A stretch of 64,000 bases of DNA from Tepidimonas sp. (lineage in GTDB: Bacteria; Pseudomonadota; Gammaproteobacteria; Burkholderiales; Burkholderiaceae_C): positions 472 through 64,471 of the forward strand of contig NZ_JARJMT020000145.1 in assembly GCF_029335975.1 (NCBI RefSeq). Direction: 5' to 3'. Position numbers and translations under genes: made by a program. Under the pieces are notes generated by a model. It searched no databases and had not been told where the DNA came from. It worked only from the letters and a program-made list of their open reading frames with translations. Below, piece after piece: positions 61,258 through 64,000 of the stretch (the stretch's first letter is position 1; every line of letters begins with the position of its first letter).

Positions 61258-61625
61258 CCGCTGCGGTCGTCGCGTCGGCGGCCGCTGCCGTACGGGCTGC
61301 GGAATTGGCCTTCGCCGCCGAAGCCGCCACCATCACGGCGACCGCCGCCAAACCCGCCGCTGCGCGGGGGGCGCGGCTCCATCGGGCGCGCCTCGTTGAC
61401 GACCAGATTGCGGCCGCCCATGGACTGGCCGTTCATGCCGGAAATGGCAGCCTGCGCCTCGGCATCGCTGCCCATTTCGACGAAACCAAACCCCTTGGAG
61501 CGGCCGGTGTCGCGCTCCATCATGACCTTGGCGCTAGACACTTGGCCGTACGCGCTGAATGCCTGTTCGAGATCACCGTCGCGCACCGAATACGGAAGAT
61601 TGCCGACGTACAACTTGTTGCCCAT
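61251..61625 (-). CDS. RRM (RNP-1) RNA-binding protein with Gly/Arg-rich tail
   Basis: KLYVGNL (RNP2), RSKGFGFVEM (RNP1), VNEARP. Confidence 0.93.
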   Translation of the reverse strand: MGNKLYVGNLPYSVRDGDLEQAFSAYGQVSSAKVMMERDTGRSKGFGFVEMGSDAEAQAAISGMNGQSMGGRNLVVNEARPMEPRPPRSGGFGGGRRDGGGFGGEGQFRSPYGSGRRRDDRSGY

Positions 61626-61903
61626 CTGAGGGACTCCTGAAAACACACGAGACAAAGGGTAGCGATGGAGCCCCGACGGCACACAAGAAAACTGCAGCAC
61701 GCGAAACCGACCGATCACCGAGATGCAAGCGTCGCGGACACCTGCAACCCTCATTATGCGCGTTCCCCGCGATCCGCGCTCATCTTTTCGACGATCGGCC
61801 CGACAAAGGGTGTGGGCGATGCGCCAGAACAACACATGCGCGGCGCTGCCACCCACCGGCGTGAACGGGATGCCGCGCTTGTAGCGCTTGTATACTTTTG
61901 CCG

Positions 61904-61955
61904 AGCGCCGATTTGAGTCCCGCTTGCGGGCGCGTAACAAATACCGCTAAAGAGG
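61904..61955 (+). ncRNA. SAM-II (SAM_alpha-type) riboswitch upstream of metX
   Basis: GCGCCGATTTGAGTCCCGCTTGCGGGCGCGTAACAAATACCGCTAAAGAGG has the GCGC/GCGC P1 and the GAUUU, UUGC, AAAU and GCUAAA elements of SAM-II; TATACT at 61891-61896; precedes a methionine biosynthesis gene. Confidence 0.75.
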
Positions 61956-62018
61956 AAGGCGTGGCCATCGGCCAAGTCCGCAAGCCCTCGATCACGGCGC
62001 GACTACAGGATCGATACC

Positions 62019-63224
62019 GTGATCGTCACTGCCCAGCGTCATGTTTTCGATGCCCCCTTGCCCCTGCGCGGGGGGGGTGTCCTGCCCGCCTTCGAGCTGG
62101 TCTACGAGACTTATGGCCAGCTCAACGCCGCGCGCGACAACGCCGTGCTTGTCTGCCACGCGCTCAACGCCAGCCACCATGTCGCCGGCCAGTACGCCGA
62201 CGAACGCGGCCAGCCCATCCCCAAAAGCGAGGGCTGGTGGCACAACATGATAGGCCCCGGCAAGCCGGTGGACACACGCCGCTTCTTCGTCATCGGGGTC
62301 AACAACATCGGCTCGTGCTTTGGCTCCAGCGGGCCGACGCACGTCAACCCGGCCACCGGCCAGCCGTGGGGCGCGGACTTCCCCGTGGTGACGGTGGAGG
62401 ATTGGGTCGAGGCACAGGCGCGGCTGCTGGATGCGCTGGGCATCGAGCGGCTGGCGGCGGTGATGGGCGGCAGCCTCGGCGGCATGCAGGCGCTGAGCTG
62501 GACGCTGCAGTTTCCCGAGCGCGTTCGCCACGCCATCGTCATCGCCAGCGCCCCCAACCTGACGGCGGAGAACATCGCCTTCAACGAAGTGGCGCGCCGC
62601 GCCATCGTCAGCGACCCGGACTTCCACGGCGGGCATTACCTGCGCCACGGCACCAAGCCGCGGCGCGGGCTGCGCATTGCGCGCATGATCGGCCACATCA
62701 CCTACCTGAGCGACGATGTCATGAACAGCAAGTTTGGCCGCCGCCTGCGCCCGCTGGCCGAGGCGCTGCGCGCCGGCGATGCTGACGCCGCCGAGCGGCT
62801 GGCCTACCGCTACACGACGCAGGACATCGAGTTCGAGATCGAGAGCTATCTGCGCCACCAGGGCGACAAGTTCAGCGAGTATTTCGACGCCAACACCTAC
62901 CTGCTGATCACGCGCGCGCTGGACTACTTCGACCCGGCGCGCGACTTCGACGGCGATCTGTCGGCAGCGCTGGCACGCGCACAGGCCGATTTCCTGGTGG
63001 TGTCGTTCAGCACCGATTGGCGCTTTTCGCCGGCGCGCAGCCGCGAGATCGTCAAGGCGCTGCTGGACAACCGCCGCGCCGTCAGCTACGCCGAGATCGA
63101 TGCGCCGCACGGGCATGACGCCTTTTTGCTCGACGACGCGCGCTACCACGCCGCCGTGCGCGCCTACTTCGAGTACCGCGTCGGCGCCCATTTGCAGCCC
63201 CCCACTGCCGGAGGTGCCGCATGA
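62019..63224 (+). CDS. metX: Homoserine O-acyltransferase
   Basis: [26 protein letters not shown] nucleophile elbow, HGHDAFL. Confidence 0.93.
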   Translation: MIVTAQRHVFDAPLPLRGGGVLPAFELVYETYGQLNAARDNAVLVCHALNASHHVAGQYADERGQPIPKSEGWWHNMIGPGKPVDTRRFFVIGVNNIGSCFGSSGPTHVNPATGQPWGADFPVVTVEDWVEAQARLLDALGIERLAAVMGGSLGGMQALSWTLQFPERVRHAIVIASAPNLTAENIAFNEVARRAIVSDPDFHGGHYLRHGTKPRRGLRIARMIGHITYLSDDVMNSKFGRRLRPLAEALRAGDADAAERLAYRYTTQDIEFEIESYLRHQGDKFSEYFDANTYLLITRALDYFDPARDFDGDLSAALARAQADFLVVSFSTDWRFSPARSREIVKALLDNRRAVSYAEIDAPHGHDAFLLDDARYHAAVRAYFEYRVGAHLQPPTAGGAA

Positions 63225-63805
63225 GCGATCGCCAGATCCAGCAACTCATCGCGGACCTGGTGCCGCATGGCGCGCGCGTGCTCGACCTGGGCTGCGGGGA
63301 TGGCGCGCTGTTGGCGCACCTGTGCGAGGCGCGCGGCTGCCACGGCTACGGCATCGAGCTGGACGACGCCCAGGTGCTGGCGTGCCTGAAGCGCGGGCTG
63401 GATGTGCTGCAGTTCAATCTGGAGGAGGGACTGTCGATGTTCGCCGATGACAGCTTCGACGTGGTGCTGCAGATCGACACGCTGCCCCATCTGCGCAACG
63501 CCGAGACAATGCTGCGCGAGACCGCGCGCGTCGGCCGCAGCGCGATCGTGGCCTTCCCGAACTTTGCGCACTGGCCGAACCGCCTGCGCGTGCTGGCCGG
63601 CCGCATGCCGGTGACCAAGCGGCTGCCCTACCAGTGGTACGACACGCCCAACATCCGCGTCGGCACGTTTGCAGACTTCGAGGTGCTGGCGCAACGCCTG
63701 GGCCTGCACGTCGAGGATGCGTTCGGCCTGGAAAACGGGCGCGTGGTCCGCACCCTGCCCAATCTGCTGGCCAGTACCGCGGTGTTCAAGCTGACCCAGC
63801 GCTGA
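63221..63805 (+). CDS. metW: Methionine biosynthesis protein MetW
   Basis: [27 protein letters not shown]; ATGA overlap with metX. Confidence 0.93.
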   Translation: MSDRQIQQLIADLVPHGARVLDLGCGDGALLAHLCEARGCHGYGIELDDAQVLACLKRGLDVLQFNLEEGLSMFADDSFDVVLQIDTLPHLRNAETMLRETARVGRSAIVAFPNFAHWPNRLRVLAGRMPVTKRLPYQWYDTPNIRVGTFADFEVLAQRLGLHVEDAFGLENGRVVRTLPNLLASTAVFKLTQR

Positions 63806-63835
63806 GGCAACGGCCCCAACGCGGACTGGGGGTGG

Positions 63836-64000
63836 TCAGGCGAGCGCGTGGATCGTCTCGCCCAGCGCGTCCACAAGCCGGTGGATCTCGGCCTCGGTGC
63901 TGATAAACGGCGGCGCAAGCTGGATCGTGTCCCCGCCATAGCGCACATAAAAGCCCTTGGCCCACATGCGCATCGCGATCTCGAAGGGGCGCTTGAGCGG
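63836..64000 (-). CDS. Class III aminotransferase (beta-alanine/omega-amino acid--pyruvate type), 3' end only
   Basis: Manual translation: PLKRPFEIAMRMWAKGFYVRYGGDTIQLAPPFISTEAEIHRLVDALGETIHALA*. Confidence 0.8.
   Translation of the reverse strand, partial: PLKRPFEIAMRMWAKGFYVRYGGDTIQLAPPFISTEAEIHRLVDALGETIHALA

Noticed and set aside
61251-61625. Eukaryote-like RRM protein as a sign of horizontal transfer
   Set aside because: Single-RRM Gly-rich proteins are common in Betaproteobacteria, and codon usage is host-like.

Overview
High-GC betaproteobacterial chromosome (Comamonadaceae-like, inferred from gene content and order). Most of the window is housekeeping: a leucine/isovalerate (liu) cluster with liuR, two LiuR operators, aceK and carbonic anhydrase; an isolated soxAX pair; trkAH; plsC-gmhB-glySQ-lnt-corC; fadD; argC; sucCD; pyrF; gshAB; a PAS-GGDEF-EAL gene, two MCPs and cheW; apt; a CPA2 antiporter; kdsDC-lptC; an RRM protein; and metXW behind a SAM-II-like riboswitch. 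The main accessory element is a ~15.6 kb defence island (27.6-43.3 kb) bracketed by two 155-bp direct-repeat remnants of an IS5-like element. It holds one tightly coupled nine-gene minus-strand operon: RHH regulator, DUF499 ATPase, DUF3780, DarT, DarG, DUF1156 methyltransferase, HEPN-like protein, KGGVGR ParA-like ATPase, STAND-like ATPase and PLD-SNF2 helicase (nine genes behind the RHH leader). This reads as a restriction-like (RL/BREX-related) four-gene system with two cassettes nested inside it. One is DarTG2. The other is a HEPN-like/ParA/STAND triad that I cannot match to a named system and consider the best candidate for an undescribed defence module. Several genes show internal deletions, and soxA has a lesion at its 5' end. 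All family assignments come from motif recognition by eye, with no database searches.
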